Of a stretch of 64,000 bases of DNA, positions 14,978 through 29,097 are shown one piece after another. Source of the DNA: Octopus vulgaris (lineage: Eukaryota); the NCBI GenBank assembly GCA_951406725.2, contig OX597816.1, forward strand, positions 104,284,001 through 104,348,000, read 5' to 3'. The translations under genes were made by a program, and so were the position numbers. Below the pieces are notes generated by a model. That model was not told where the DNA came from. It saw nothing but the letters and a program-made list of their open reading frames with translations, and did no database searches. The number at the start of each line of letters is the position of its first letter. Positions within the stretch are counted from its first letter, which is position 1.

Positions 14978-15266
14978 GTATGTATGTATATATACAAGGA
15001 GAAGGAATGAAAGATAGACAGTGGAAAGCAAAGAATGAGGGAGATAAAAAGAAATATAGAGGATTATATAGGGATAGAGAGAAAGAAAGAAAACAGGCAG
15101 AGAACATAGTGTGGAGTCGCAGAAATCATATATACATGTAAAATCTTGCTATTGGCGAAGGCTGCGTGGCGTTCAATTATAAATAATTAAAAATACACAT
15201 TAAGTGCAGGACATCACCAGCGAGTGAAAAATACGTAAAAGCACGCGTGCACACACACACGCACAT

Positions 15267-15313
<47 letters not shown>

Positions 15314-16423
15314 TACAAATTAAAAGCAGCTCCCGTAATATAAATATTTTCGGTCGCACATACATAGTGTATATGTTTTGTTTATACGACAAACGTGCTG
15401 CAGTATAGCGTTAAATGGAAGCTCCCCACATGACACCTGAATGCCACAACTCGACTCCGAATCACCGACAGTGCCAGATACCGAAATTTCGCCATTATTG
15501 TGGCTTATCAACACCACGTACTTGGATTATCACAAAACGAAGTGAATCGTTGGTCTGTGACTTATATATAAATAGTGTGAATTTTATTTGCCGATGTACT
15601 GCAGAGTAGCTCATATGATAGAAAATTGAATTACAAAAAGCAGCTCTGGTAATGTAAACGTAACCGGTCTCTCATACATAGTGTATGTGTTTTGCTAACA
15701 CACTAAATGTGACGCGGGATACCGTCCAGGGAAATCACCCTGTATGATGCCGTTGTTAAAGAACACCTAAATGTCATGTCACAGAGCAGCGCTTCACTTT
15801 GTTTCGAGATTATCCGGAGAAATGATATTAAAAAGCCACAATAATTGATGAAGGAAACGGAAGATAGAATTACCACGAAACTTTATTCAGTTTGACGGTC
15901 GTTTCGACCCATCCTGGAACTGTCCGTTATGGGTAGGATATTGTGCATCTAATTGTGTGGGACCAATCTGTGTGGTTTATGTCACATCAGGTACATGCAT
16001 AAAAAAGGGAATGTCCCTTTAGATATACTGAGTTCTCCTAGGCATTTTGTAATTTGGTTATTTTGGTTATAACCAAAATACAAGAGCTTTTCCGATAATT
16101 GGTCTTATCCCTGTATGTATATATGTCAGTACGTGTGTATGCAGATGTGTGTTTGCTTAGACGTGAAAGTAAGGGTGAGAGTAAACAAAAAGACTGTGTG
16201 CGCGCGCGCATGTTTGTGTGTATGTGTGGTTATGAGTGTATACCTGCTTGACTGCTTTTATATGCGTTTGTGTGTTTTTGTGCTTTAGACACCCGTGATG
16301 TCTTTAAGGGTTCGGCCTTTTGTACAAAGTCATTTCGGTCTCAGCTCTTTTGGGATTCACTTGTCTTTCTGTAAATATTCATGGGTGCATGAATGTGAAT
16401 ATTTACAAGGGAATATTTACATA

Positions 16424-16522
16424 GGCGCTGGAGTGGCTGTGTGGTAAGTAGCTTGCTTACCAACCACATGGTTCCGGGTTCAGTCCCACTGCGTGGCGCC
16501 TTGTGTCTTCTACTATAACCTT
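16424..16522 (+). mobile_element. tRNA-derived SINE 5' part
   Basis: A-box gtggctgtgtggt and B-box gggttcagtccc, followed by gtgtcttctactata. Confidence 0.75.
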
Positions 16523-16524
16523 GT

Positions 16525-16675
16525 GAGTGTATGTGTGTGCATATGTTTGTGCGTACGTACGTGCTTTCCTACGTGTGACTATGCATATCTGTGTGTGTGT
16601 GCGCGCGCGTGCGTGAGTGCCTGTGCCTGTGCACGTCTGCGTAAGTTTATATGTGGATACGTGGTGTGTGTGTGT

Positions 16676-16707
<32 letters not shown>

Positions 16708-16820
16708 CTGTGCATGATGAGTGTGTGGTTGTCCTTGCGTTACTGTATGCGTGTCTTTACGCGTGCATACCCGTCTGGGCCTGCACGTGTATGTGTATGG
16801 TTGTGTACGCATACATGCTG
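16525..16820. repeat. Degenerate (GT)n region
   Basis: Seen directly. Confidence 0.85.
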
Positions 16821-17189
16821 ACACATTTACCATTGACTTTTCAGAATTTCCATTCACCAAATATCACCCATGAGATATTCAATTCATAGCTATGTTAGAA
16901 AATGCAATCTTAAGCTGCTGCGTAGTGGATTCGAAGCAATTAATGTTGCTGTAAACCGAATTCTTAAATTCGTCGCTGTCTGTGTTGATTCACCCGTAAA
17001 TACGCAGTAAAGATGTCACCCAATTTAAATCTCATTGGAGGGAAACATACTCTTTACCTCTAATATGAAACAAATTGTGTTTTAGAAAATAACAATGAGA
17101 CAATATGAAACATTATCATACAGACAAACAACCAATACGTAACTATATTATATCTGAAAATGTTTTCAAGAAAAAATGAAAGTATTGTA

Positions 17190-17450
17190 TTAATAATACG
17201 CATTGTTTTAGCAAATGACTAATATTTTATGCAGAGAGGGAATTGCAAGAAGCTGTTCCTTTGAATACTATGGGTCTGATAAAAATGTTAGCATCATTCC
17301 ATTTATAATTGGGGGAGCTGGAATGATGTGGTATTAATTTCTTAAACGTCTTCATGGAATATAACTAAGGATCGATATACGCATGTTAAAGAAAATAGCA
17401 AAGCAGGAATCTATATATATTGCTTATTATATCCTCACGAAACCATACCT
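17190..17450 (+). mobile_element. Very decayed RLE-LINE (R4/Dong-like) C-terminal fragment
   Basis: VSIIPFIIGGAGM and LKKIA parallel the TIPIIVGALGM...IQKIA motif at 53655-53765. Confidence 0.45.
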
Positions 17451-17487
17451 TTACACGTGTATTTTCATGATTGTTTTCTAATTTTTT

Positions 17488-17695
17488 AGGGAGGGAGCTA
17501 GTCGATTAGATCAACTTCAATGCTTGATTAGTATCTATTTTAACGGCCCCGAAAGGATGAAAGGCAAAGTAAACTTCGGCGAAATTTTAACTAAGTACGT
17601 AAAGACACAAGGTGTGAAATTTTGTGGAAGGGGTTTAGCCAATTTTATCGACCCCCACAGCTCGACTGATACTTATTTTATCGACCCGGAAATGT
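17488..17695 (-). mobile_element. Two partial Nin-domain-type SINE copies
   Basis: ccccgaaaggatgaaaggcaaagt and tacttattttatcgaccc are shared with 37100-37335. Confidence 0.7.
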
Positions 17696-20259
17696 AATAA
17701 TAACAATAATACCGGATACCTAGCGAATACCTTGTTTAAATAATTCGATATTTTCTGTAATTCAGTAAATCCACGAACTTCTACGGTTGTTCCCTATTAT
17801 ATTCTACCAAACCCATCATGCATCTTTTTTCGGTAAGCACCCAATTTACATCTTAGATCTATGCATTAATGAAATTATATCGTACGTAGTATTTCTTCCA
17901 TAATTATCATAAAAGAAAATACTTGCATTAAAAAATAATTATGCTCCATATCTTATTCTTTATATTGATTGCAATTGTATACTAATTCTATAGAATTGCT
18001 ATATATGAACCTTATTGTTTCTATTCATATTCCATCTATCTCATTTTAGTCCTTTCATAGAATTGCATTGATGACTTTTTAGTAATTAGTATCCATTTTA
18101 CTACAGCATTGGCTTTGTGTTGCTAGGACACAGTGAACTTCAAATATATGTTAATCTTCATTTAAATATCTTAACGGATCCTTTCTGTGTAAGCATTACG
18201 AGCATTGAAAAATATACACATGTATATATATCTTTACAAACGTTTCTCGTTATTCCAAGATATTAAACCAAAATCGAAGACAGCTTTAAAATGTATTAGT
18301 AATTATTATTTGTTCTAAATTCTGAAATTGTATATTGCTAATTATATTAGCTTCAAAATATTTCTGAAATTCATTCAATGATAATCAGACTTTAATTTGT
18401 TTAATGATAATTTTACTTATGAAGATACAACAGAATTCTGAAACTATAATGTTGCAAGCAAATACTTGGCAAGTGGCATGTTAAATAGAAATAAAATACT
18501 GTCTTGTCTGAAAGGCAGCAATTACTGACGAAGAAAAGAACCAGCTGAGACTGATGTCAATGAATGAGAATATTTTAAAAAAGTATTGCAATACTAAGGT
18601 ATGAATCTTCATATTAAAGTTCTTGGCAACCTTTTAGATAGTACCTATCTTGTTTTGCCACAGTGTGACTTAATAATCCCCATAGCTACTATAGCGTTTG
18701 GAATTCAATAGAAACCAAAGTTATTATCTTTAGTAACATTTCGGATAATACTTTGGGCTATAACTATAATGGGCATCTTACTGATTACAAACAAGCACCA
18801 AGAAATAAGAGGAATCTAAATATTTCGTATGAAATACGCATCATACTTTCTGATTGATTACTTGATAAATATCGTTATTTCACTTTAGGTGATATTCAAT
18901 CCACTACCCAGCGAGAAACATGGAAACATATTTCAATACAAGCTGCTGTAAGAAAGTCAATTACTAATTAATCTTTAAATTAAAACTCTATAGGAGGGCA
19001 ATAAATCAGATCTCAATTTCCGGTGAACGTATTGAGCGAGAGTTTATTCAGTCAATGGACTAATGTATACTATCCAAATACAATATCAGTCCAACACTGG
19101 AAAGTCTGACGAAATTATTTTCACTTAGCCTTACAATATGAAATGAAGAACTGTAATGCTAAGATTTTGTAATTTGAACAAAAAAATATTTCAATAATTA
19201 TTGAAGATTTACTAGAGTAATGTAGTTACAACAGGGTATTTGTCCCACAAAAGAACGTGAACAAAACAAATAGAAAATGAAATTGGCTGTAGAGATTGTT
19301 ATTGAAAGTATTTAATATCCGGGTTGCTTTCGTTAAAAATAAACCCGGAGAGCAGTTCTTCGCTTGTAAAAGAAGAAATCTTCGGTGATATAATTGTTTT
19401 AAATTAAGCGCGACAACATCTTTATTTACTATTTACTTTTGTTTTCCTAGTCTACAATGAAATGGATTTCGTTTCGACAAGTTAATTAAGTTCGATGTTT
19501 GTTTTCTACGGAGATATGTAAACAAGACATGTGAGCATTAAGCGTAGATGACAACGTTTTAGGTACATATTTTTGGTACGTTTTATAGAAATGGTATGAG
19601 CAAATTAAAAATAAAGCGTGATTAAGAATTGGCGCCAATGCTATATCTGCCTCTAAAATATTATTCTGTTGGGAAAAATAGTTTCATATCTCAAATTAGT
19701 TACACAAATTCTTTGATCAAGCTATATAAATGATCGTCAACCGAATTACAATTCTAAAGTTATTCTCTGAACAAAATTCATTGTAATTGCTTGAGTTTAT
19801 TTTTAATATTTCAGCGAAGTATATTAATTTTATTTATAAATTACTTTCCATTTTGAACCTAAATGAAATCACATCAAAATATGGACTCAGGTTTTAATGA
19901 AAGTAGTAATCGAATTTCAGTCCCAATGTCTGAGAGACGGAAGAGTTGAAGCAATATAGATATATAGATTTAGATCAAATATCCTTCATGATTGTGTAAC
20001 ATACATACATGCATGTATGTGTGCGTGTATGTATCATGTATATATGTACATACTTACACGCTCAAACACACACACACTCACGCACAAACACAAATATATA
20101 TAAGTGAAAATGTATAGTAAATGCACAAATGAAAAACGGACACAGAATGGCAAGCTAAAAAACGCATAATAAATGCACAGAAGAACGGAAAAAGGAATAT
20201 ATTGTGCACAAAAGGACGAATCTGTTCAAAAAGGATACCGAGCTTTTAAATAAAAATAA

Positions 20260-20740
20260 TCGACTTAATTGCCTTATGTGTTGTCGCCTCCAGCATATTT
20301 CCTTAACTGTTGATACATTACTCTTACTTTTTCGCAGCCTTCTCGAACGCGTTTACAGAAGCTGTTTGGATTTTCTTCACAATCTTCTACAGTCCGAAAT
20401 CAGTAACTTTCTAGAATGGATTTCGTTTGGAAAAATAAAATAAAAGGCTGAGGGGGAAAAATTTAGAGAGCACAAAGAGTCGAGGACGAATGTCCATTTG
20501 TGCTATACCAAAACAACTGATGTTGTGCTGGACGAAATTGTTGTGTAAAATCCGAATGTTGTACCTTATATATACCATTCCACTTCCTTCTCAAACTCGT
20601 TAGGATCTACATCAAACTCTTTATTGATCGTGTGACTTCTCATGTTGAAGACGGTCTTCCATTCAAAGATCTCGACATAACTTCACATTTGGGTGACTCT
20701 GTCGTGATCGTGCTCTATTTTAAAAATCCAGTTTCTATTT
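20260..20740 (-). mobile_element. Decayed mariner remnant
   Basis: Only weak antisense resemblance to mariner GRP/HTH and C-terminal segments. Confidence 0.35.
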
Positions 20741-20945
20741 GAGCAGAACTCGTGCGTGTATGTGTGTGTGTGTGTGTGATGTTTGGTTATGTATATATGT
20801 ACGCACTTACACACATAAACACGTACATACAAGTACACACTCACACATAAACACGCACATACACACACGCACAAGCACACACACACCAATTACACAAACG
20901 CACGCACACTAACACACTTACGGGCGGACACGCACACACACAAAC

Positions 20946-21034
<89 letters not shown>

Positions 21035-21589
21035 GCAATATACTGTCCGAGCTTGTTTTGAAAATGCCTTTTTTCTTTAATGATATGGCTTTTGACTTAC
21101 GACAATAGTAGGACGTAATTTTATTCGCTGAAGTTCGTTGAGGTGATTTTGCACCTAAGCATCAAGCAATTTCCGGTCTGTTTAGAATGTCTACATCGAA
21201 CTTACCGTTGTAAACTGACTGCTATTTTTGCCATCTAATTTAGAATTAATATTCTAAATTTTTATTTCATTTGAGATATATTTCAACACTTTCAAATCTA
21301 CTGATGTTACGGCCAGAAGTTACGGGGTTTACAGCAAGGGGAAAAAAACATGCGCATAAATTTTAGTATATAAATATTGAATATCATAATTTCTTAATTG
21401 CAACATGAAGAAGTAAAGACACTTGATTTCTCTCATCGTCATGCGCCACTTGGCTTAGGCGCATTTGATGAAGTAGATGCTCGGGTGTCAATTGATGATG
21501 GTCGAATCCATATGACATTTTCGAAACATCAATTGATGGTATCCGTTGTTTTAGGACAATATTTAAAACGGCTCAAACATCATATCGTT

Positions 21590-22570
21590 CAATAATTTTG
21601 AAATCAGAATGAAGAATTCAGTATTTCTGTAGGAATGACATCGGCTATGATGATACCATTGACAAGAGCAATATGTGAAAATGGATAAAGAACTTCAAAG
21701 AAAAGGGAAAGCACGAATCGCCAGCCTGTGGACGAGCTGATTTCCGAACAGATTATTCGAGAGCTTGCATTACAAAAGATGGTGAAAGACTTTGGGTATG
21801 GGAAAGTTTTTGCAATGTTGATAGCTCAGCAGCTGACACTCAAGCTGAAGGTCGGAGAGGTGGAAAAAAGTCTACTCTGATCTGCTGGAAACGTTTGAAG
21901 ACACATTTTATTCTCATCTGGTGACAGGAGATCAAACACGAACACATTTATATGTTGCAAAAACGACACCTCAGTCTATGAATTGGCAGCATAACACTCC
22001 GCCAAATCCTAAGAATTAAAACAAAAAACTAGCGTTCGACAAAAATCTTCATGTTAATTGATTTTCTTTTACGTACCTGTGGCATGGTAAATGAGCTGTA
22101 CATTAAGGCCCTCAGAAAGCTTAGAGAAGTTACTAGAAGGAAAACAAAGAATAAGAATCTGAAATCGACCCACATTCATCATGTCAATGCACGACTACAT
22201 ACATCATTAGCACAAATCATGTAATCGGTAGAGTGGTCCCCTCTATACCGCACAACCTGGATCTGAATGCCTCCCATTCACACCTGTTCTGTCAGTGAAG
22301 GACGATCTTCGGGTATAACGATTTTATGACACAGTGGAAGTGGAAGTGGAAGTAGTAGTGAAGAAGTAGATGCAGCAATGTACACCTCAATTATTTCAGA
22401 TAAGTTTTGAGGGTTGGGCTCAACGCTGATAGAGGTGTATCACTTGTGATAACGACTATGTTAAATAGTAGCTTTATATTAAGGCAGTCTACCAGCAAAT
22501 GCAGCTTGAACAACGTATGCCAGTTAATAGAAAAACTATGCCCAATTTTGCATTACTATGTGAGCGTGTA
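21590..22570 (+). mobile_element. Decayed mariner transposase
   Basis: LVTGDQT (~21918-21938; consensus IVTGDE), IHHVNARLH (~22174-22200; HDNARPH), a degenerate YSPDL region (~22245) and RCITCDNDYV (~22432-22462; KCIxxxGDYV), in the correct order. Confidence 0.75.
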
Positions 22571-22591
22571 TATATATGTTAGCATATATAT

Positions 22592-22594
22592 ATG

Positions 22595-22626
<32 letters not shown>

Positions 22627-24016
22627 TGTATGTATGTATGTATGTATATACACCTTTGTCGCTCCAAAGATTTGGCACCAATCTCAAATCATCCCAATAC
22701 CCAAAAAAGGCGATTTATCCCTCGTCACCAACTACAGGGGTATATCTCTAATGTCAATTGCTGCAAAACTGTGCAACAAACTGATCCTAAATCGTCTTGT
22801 CCTTTTCGTTGAACCTTTGCTCCAAAAGAACCAAAATGGATTCAGACATGGGCGCTCAACGCTGAGCCATATACTATGCCTACGCAGACTTATTGAAGAA
22901 TCAAAAGCATTTAATCGCGATCTTGCAATGGTATTTGTAGACTTTTCTAAAGCGTTCGATTCTGTAGATAGGTACAAGATGTTTGAAATCCTTAAGCTCT
23001 ATGGGATACCAGACAAAATCATTTCTGCCATCAAGGTCCTCTACACAGATACGTCTTCAACCATCTTAACCCCTGACGGAGAAACATCATCTTTCTCAAT
23101 CAGAGCCGGAATACTGCAGGGAGACACACTCGCCCCATTTCTTTTCATCATTGTTGTTGATTATGTGCTACGTATGTCAGTTGATACCATCTCTGGCAAG
23201 GGCTTTGAAATAAAACCAAGAAGAAGTTCCAGACACCCAGCTGAGTACTTGACAGACACTGACTTTGCTGACGACATCGCTCTTATCAGTGATGCTCTCT
23301 CCAATGCCCAGTCTCTTTTACAATCTCTTGAACAAGCCTCAAATTGTGTAGGTCTTTACCTCAATGAGGCCAGGACTAAATACATAAACAAGTGCCTGTC
23401 CAACAGTGATTGCATCATCCATACTCTCAACAATGCCCCCTTAAATATGGTTTCTGATTACAAATATCTTGGGTCGTACATATCATCATCTGGAAAATAC
23501 TTTCTAACTAGAAAGGGTATGGCCTGGTCAGCCTGTAATGACATGCATAAGATCTGGTCATCAAATCTAAGTAGAGACTTCAAACTTGAAATCTTCAAAG
23601 CCACAGTCAAACCAATTCTACTATATGGCTCAGAAACCTGGACGTTATCAAAGAAGATTCAGAGGCGGTTGGATGGAACCTACACTCGCCTCCTTATGAG
23701 ATCTCAAATTCTCTCGTGGAAGCGCCATCCAACCAAAATGCAAATATATGGGAAACTACCACCTGTGTCATCTCTTGTGACAGGTAAGAGAGTCCAGTTT
23801 GCTGGACATTGTTGTAGAGCTGAAAAAGAGGTAATTTCTACTCTTCTCCTCTGGAAGCCATCTACCCGCAATACCAGAGGGCGCACACTCTCCTACCTTG
23901 ATGTAATTTCCAGGGATACAGGCATCCAGCAACAGGACCTCCGTAATGCCATGATGGACCGTGAAGTCTGGCGTAGCATGGTAAATTCCATTATCTCGAC
24001 CACGGTCGAACAATGA
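22592..24016 (+). CDS. Non-LTR (RTE-type) reverse transcriptase, partial. The first ~20 codons are microsatellite and the start is not real.
   Basis: Motifs NYRGISL, QNGFRHGRST, FVDFSKAFDSV, GILQGDTLAPFLF, FADD, YKYLGS, LLYGSETW and FAGHC. No stops or frameshifts. No endonuclease domain. Confidence 0.93.
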
Positions 24017-24030
24017 TGAATGATGATGAT
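22650..24030 (+). mobile_element. 5'-truncated RTE-clade LINE
   Basis: Contains the RT ORF. Essentially no 3' UTR, with a (TGA)n tail right after the stop. Flanked by (TATG)n and (TA)n. Confidence 0.9.
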
Positions 24031-24108
24031 ATATATATACATATATCGTTTGTAGAAATACATAAATCCAGAGGTGAAGCACACTCTAACTTGTACAGCA
24101 GTTAATAT

Positions 24109-24484
24109 TATAATGGGAGAGGCCGGTTTATGGGGTTACTCTGAGTTTCTCACTCATAAGGGGTTTAGCCTCACGGCGTATCTTCTAGAAAGCAAACATG
24201 CTTGCATTTTAGAAGATTCCTGCTGGCGACGCCACAGCCGGAAATCAAAAGCCAAGGCCGAAGGGAGACATCTTTTACTTTCGTGATTCTTTGGTCGAAT
24301 CTCGATGGCCAGTGGCAAAGGGAGATAATCACAAAGCTTACATGTATAGCAAGGCATTTTCCCCTCCATATTTTGAAGAGGTCTTGGGCCAGCAGTGTTT
24401 TGGGTCTAAAGATACGCCGTTAGGCCGAACCCTTTATGAGAGAGAAACCCGGGGTAACACCATAAATCGACCTCCCCAATTATA
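24109..24484. mobile_element. MITE/foldback element with 76-bp terminal inverted repeats
   Basis: 24109-24184 aligns ungapped with the reverse complement of 24409-24484, with 13 mismatches by hand count. Both ends are TATA. Confidence 0.85.
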
Positions 24485-24485
24485 G

Positions 24486-24558
<73 letters not shown>

Positions 24559-24849
24559 ATAGTAGGGAAAGAATTATATAAAATTGTGTTTATATAATTT
24601 CTCGTACATTTGCTCTGTGTAACAAATCCAGTGATACTACTAAGGATAATAGTACATATTGGAAACAAACGAGATGACGATAATATGCGTATACCTCTAA
24701 CTTCAGCCTGTAAAGGTAAAGCAAGGCACCATGTTGATTCGCTAGCTTCTGCACGCATACACGCACACCCACACGTATATACACATACACGCACACCCAC
24801 ACACATATACACACACACAGAAACACACATATATATCAAATTAAATACG

Positions 24850-25430
24850 AAAAACGTTTATCAAAATATATCCCATCATATTGTATTGCTTCTTGCCATC
24901 GTTATACCAGAAACTCAAATATACGCTTATACCATTCAAACCGCCCTATTTGACAAGATCAGAAGCCTGGCCAAAATGAACCCACTCTTGTTATCTCCAA
25001 TTACAATCCCACGACAAAAACGGACATCTCGTGTATATTTACAAGCAGTTGTTTGCAAATGCTCAAGTGTTGATAAGCTTGGACGTTGGTCAGTTCATGA
25101 GGAACTTCTCGACAGCGTCTACTCTCAGGGCCGAGCTTATAACAGTGTCAATTGACGGTGCTTTGTGAAAGACCAAGGTCGGCCAACGATATTCGAGTGC
25201 TTGGCTGTTGTTCAAACATTTGAAGCAAGGCTTTATCTTCCATAACAGAAAATCTCCCTGACTTTTGGTTTGTCTTCTAGTTTGATGTCATGTTTCCTTG
25301 AAATACCTGTGCAAGTTTTGTTCGTTGAATGTTCCTGAGCCTTCCACATCAATGATTTCTTTTGCCGCTGCCCTTTTTTCCACAGGTGTCGTAAAACAGC
25401 CCGAATTCGCCACTCATTATGAAAGCTGAA
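24850..25430 (-). mobile_element. Decayed mariner transposase 5' half
   Basis: Minus strand AVLRHLWKKG, AAKEIIDVEG, DIKLEDKP and GIVIGD..W (IVTGDEKW-like, ~24980-25010). Confidence 0.65.
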
Positions 25431-25551
25431 AAATAAAGAATAAAGAATTCAGCAATGACTGTACAAATAGTTGTATCAAATAATTAATGATATAACATGA
25501 AGATAATTGCTAAAAACCATCAGTGGTTTTTATTCAAACTTTTTATTCAAA

Positions 25552-25591
<40 letters not shown>

Positions 25592-26051
25592 AAAAAAAAG
25601 ATTAACTATTGTTAAAGCAAATCCTCAAAACGAAAGCGTACTATAGAGATCAAAGGAAAAATATGAATTTCTTTGGTTTACTAATTGATGCAATTAGATG
25701 CAGTTACTATCAAATTATTTTACATCAAATGTATGGATTTCCCGACAAGATTGTTACAGGATATGAGCCAGTTCTATAAATAGTATATGAAATATGAATC
25801 GCCACAAAATACACTTTGGGATTATTTTCTACCGAAACCATGACATAAAACTAATGTGAAGTGTACTGTGCTTGACAGGAGCACATGATAGGAACACATC
25901 ATAATTGTTTTTGTCAATGACATGTTTGACAGTGGTTTTATAATAAATTGTTGTTAAATATAATTACTAGAATGAATACAAGTTATCAGGGCAGGATTTA
26001 ATATTTATATCTATAAGAATATTGTCTCAGTAGATTTATCATCCTTTACCT

Positions 26052-26418
26052 CATACATACATATATACATACATACCTACCTACATGCACACATACATGC
26101 ATACATACATACATACATACATACATACATACATACATGTATATGTATGTATGCATGCATGTATGTATGTATATATGTTTGTGTGTGTAGATACATTTAA
26201 GGAGCGGGAAAATCGATTACACTTTGATGGACACACAGGGAGGAAACACAAGGAGATATATTGACGGACAGGTAGATAGATAAGTTGATAGATGGAGAGA
26301 TAGATAGACAAAGATAAACAGATAGATAGATAGAGAGACAGATAGACAAACAGACAGACAGACAAACAGACAGATAGACAAACAGACAGACAGACAAACA
26401 GGTAGCTAGATAAATAGG

Positions 26419-26490
<72 letters not shown>
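26052..26490. repeat. (CATA)n, (GACA)n and (GATA)n microsatellites
   Basis: Seen directly. Confidence 0.95.
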
Positions 26491-26492
<2 letters not shown>

Positions 26493-27663
26493 TTTATATT
26501 TCAATTATTTCCTTTCTTCGTCGCCGCATCGATACTCAATATATACTCTGCTGGTTGTTACTATTTGATCTAAACTATCTGGTAATTTATTTTCGGATCT
26601 GTTACGAAGTAGGATGAAAGCGTCATTGAGGCTGTAATATTCGTGCTTTCACACAGTTAATTGGCTTCGTAACAGTATTCAACTAACTATAACGAGCCAA
26701 CAGGGAATTTTAAGCAGTCAATCAATCTGTTTGAAATAGCAGCCAAGTCATACTCAAATCGCAATTTTATCGTTTTAACAATAAGAAAGCATTAACAATA
26801 TAATCGAGAAAACAAAATATGGACTGCTTTTCATTAGGGCTGATCTGGGATTAAAATCCAACATCTATCCAACATCTGACCGTGTGGATAGATGAAACTA
26901 CATTTTTTTGCCTTAATGGAGTTAATGTACCTGATAATGATTAGTTCTTTTCAAGTTTAATCGTAATTGTAATATTTATAAAATCTTACTCCCCGAGAAA
27001 CCACTATAGTAATGAGGAATGTTTGACGTTCGTCATAAAGTGTTTCTAGTATAATTAATTATTATAAACAGAGGAATATTCACAAGATATTCTTCTGTAA
27101 GCTTCAATAAACTAGGAATCTTTCGCTGGGCTCGAAGATGAAGTTATAGGTGTGCCTTAACGCAAATCTTTGGCCAAAACATCATGGCAGTGTTACAGAG
27201 GGGAATTATTGTATTTCAGATACAATCCAAGCACTGAACTGGGTCATTTTTCACCACCCTAGAATATTTATGAAACCGAAGTCGAACTAAACGGAAGTTG
27301 AACTCAGTTTGCAGAAGTCCAGAACAGTAAAAAAAAATTAATCAACGATTCTGCGAATTCATTACTTTACGTTCTGTCGAATGAATTATAAGATCAAGCC
27401 TGTTTCCAAAAGATATTTGCCTTCCACTAATTACAGTGAGGCTAGTTAACTAATATCAAAGATCACATGATGAGATAAATGCCATGTAGTAAAAGCTAAT
27501 AATGAATCTACAAAAGCTGAGGGAATAACAGAGTGAGTCATCAGCTTTGAACGAATACAAACGCATGCATATATTTTTATGTGTGCCCTAATGCACGTAT
27601 GTACAGATGCATACACGCACACATATATATGTATTTACATATTTCTGTGCATATATAAATATT

Positions 27664-27699
<36 letters not shown>

Positions 27700-27987
27700 T
27701 AGAGAGAGAGAGAGAGAGAAAAGGAGAGGGAGTGAGGAGTGTGTGTGAGAGAGAGAGAGAGAGAAAAGGAGAGGGAGTGAGGAGTGTGTGTGAGAGAGAG
27801 AGAGAGAGAAAGGGAGAGAAGTGAACTAAGATGTATAAAGACAGGTTAATTCATTCTAACACGACTCTGTATGCAAGAAGGTCAAAGGCATTTGCTCAGA
27901 GATTTCACGTCAGCGGAAAAGATTTGTCTCTGGAAAGCTGCCAACAATATGTTTTCTGGTGTGTATACAAAACCCTGGAGGATCAAA

Positions 27988-28060
<73 letters not shown>

Positions 28061-28919
28061 AACACGCTTTAATCCAAGACAAAAATCCGCTGCGAATACC
28101 GTTCGCATTCTGGTGTACATGGACATGTTACAAAAATTGTACATATTTTGAATTCAGTTACCGCTCCTTCGTGTGCATGTGTGTGTGTGTGTGTACACTG
28201 AATTAACTGCAGCTTTGAAAGCTTCATCAAACTCATTGTTTGTTGTTTACTATATATTGGAACAAAAATTCCAGCTCAGCTCCAAGTGGCCATGGTGATA
28301 TCTGCTACGGAAAAGAAGAAATCCTGCCGAAACACTATGACTTGTAGTTCGCTCACGTCACTCAGAGATTGGTTTGATGCGTTTTTATACACAAAATCTA
28401 GCGAAAGAATTTTTACTCTGAAACAAAATCAAGCAGCGAATGCCTCTTACATTCTAATGTACATCAATACGTTAAAATATATTTACTTATCTTTATTTCC
28501 ATCCTTGTAACTTTGTGCGTTTTCAGTAAATTAAGGAAAAAAATCTAAAGTTGCCGTAGCATGTATTTGGACTGTAAAATGGAGAGGCTATATTAAAGGG
28601 TTTCTTTGATTTAGAGCAGATTAATGCTGACTTATTGAAATTAACTTGATGTCGAAAATAGGTTAACAAACAGCGGAATTAACATGCCAATAAGGAAAAG
28701 AACAGTCTGTTTCGGAGTGGGGCACAGGAATATCTGTCAATACAGGTTTCCTCTCCAAAAGTTTTACACACACACACACATAATTCGAAATTATTCTTTT
28801 TCTGTCATTCAACATCAGATTATTTATATTCTAGAGCATAAAGTGCGAGACGAATTTAAATTCTTAACAACGTTTTCACTTACGCCTGTCCTCTAAAGGA
28901 ATCACAACTGGTACCTCTA

Positions 28920-29097
28920 TGGATACTCAACCAAACACAAAATGCAGCTAGATCTCCCTTGTATCATACCCTATTATTTCAAAGAAGTGATAACATGGAT
29001 AAACAATGTATTTCTAGATAAATAAGATAGGATTGCCATGACTGGAATGTCGGTGATTACAGATTTGCTCGATTAGGGATTACTTGGCACTAAAGCG
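28920..29097 (+). repeat. Old dispersed repeat, with related decayed copies near 235-415, 13920-14085(-), 26725-26860, 40100-40290(-), 43320-43540(-) and 59340-59520
   Basis: Shared degenerate motifs gcagccaaatctcc, ctggaat, tgctcgatcaggg and ctaaacaacaac. Confidence 0.5.
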
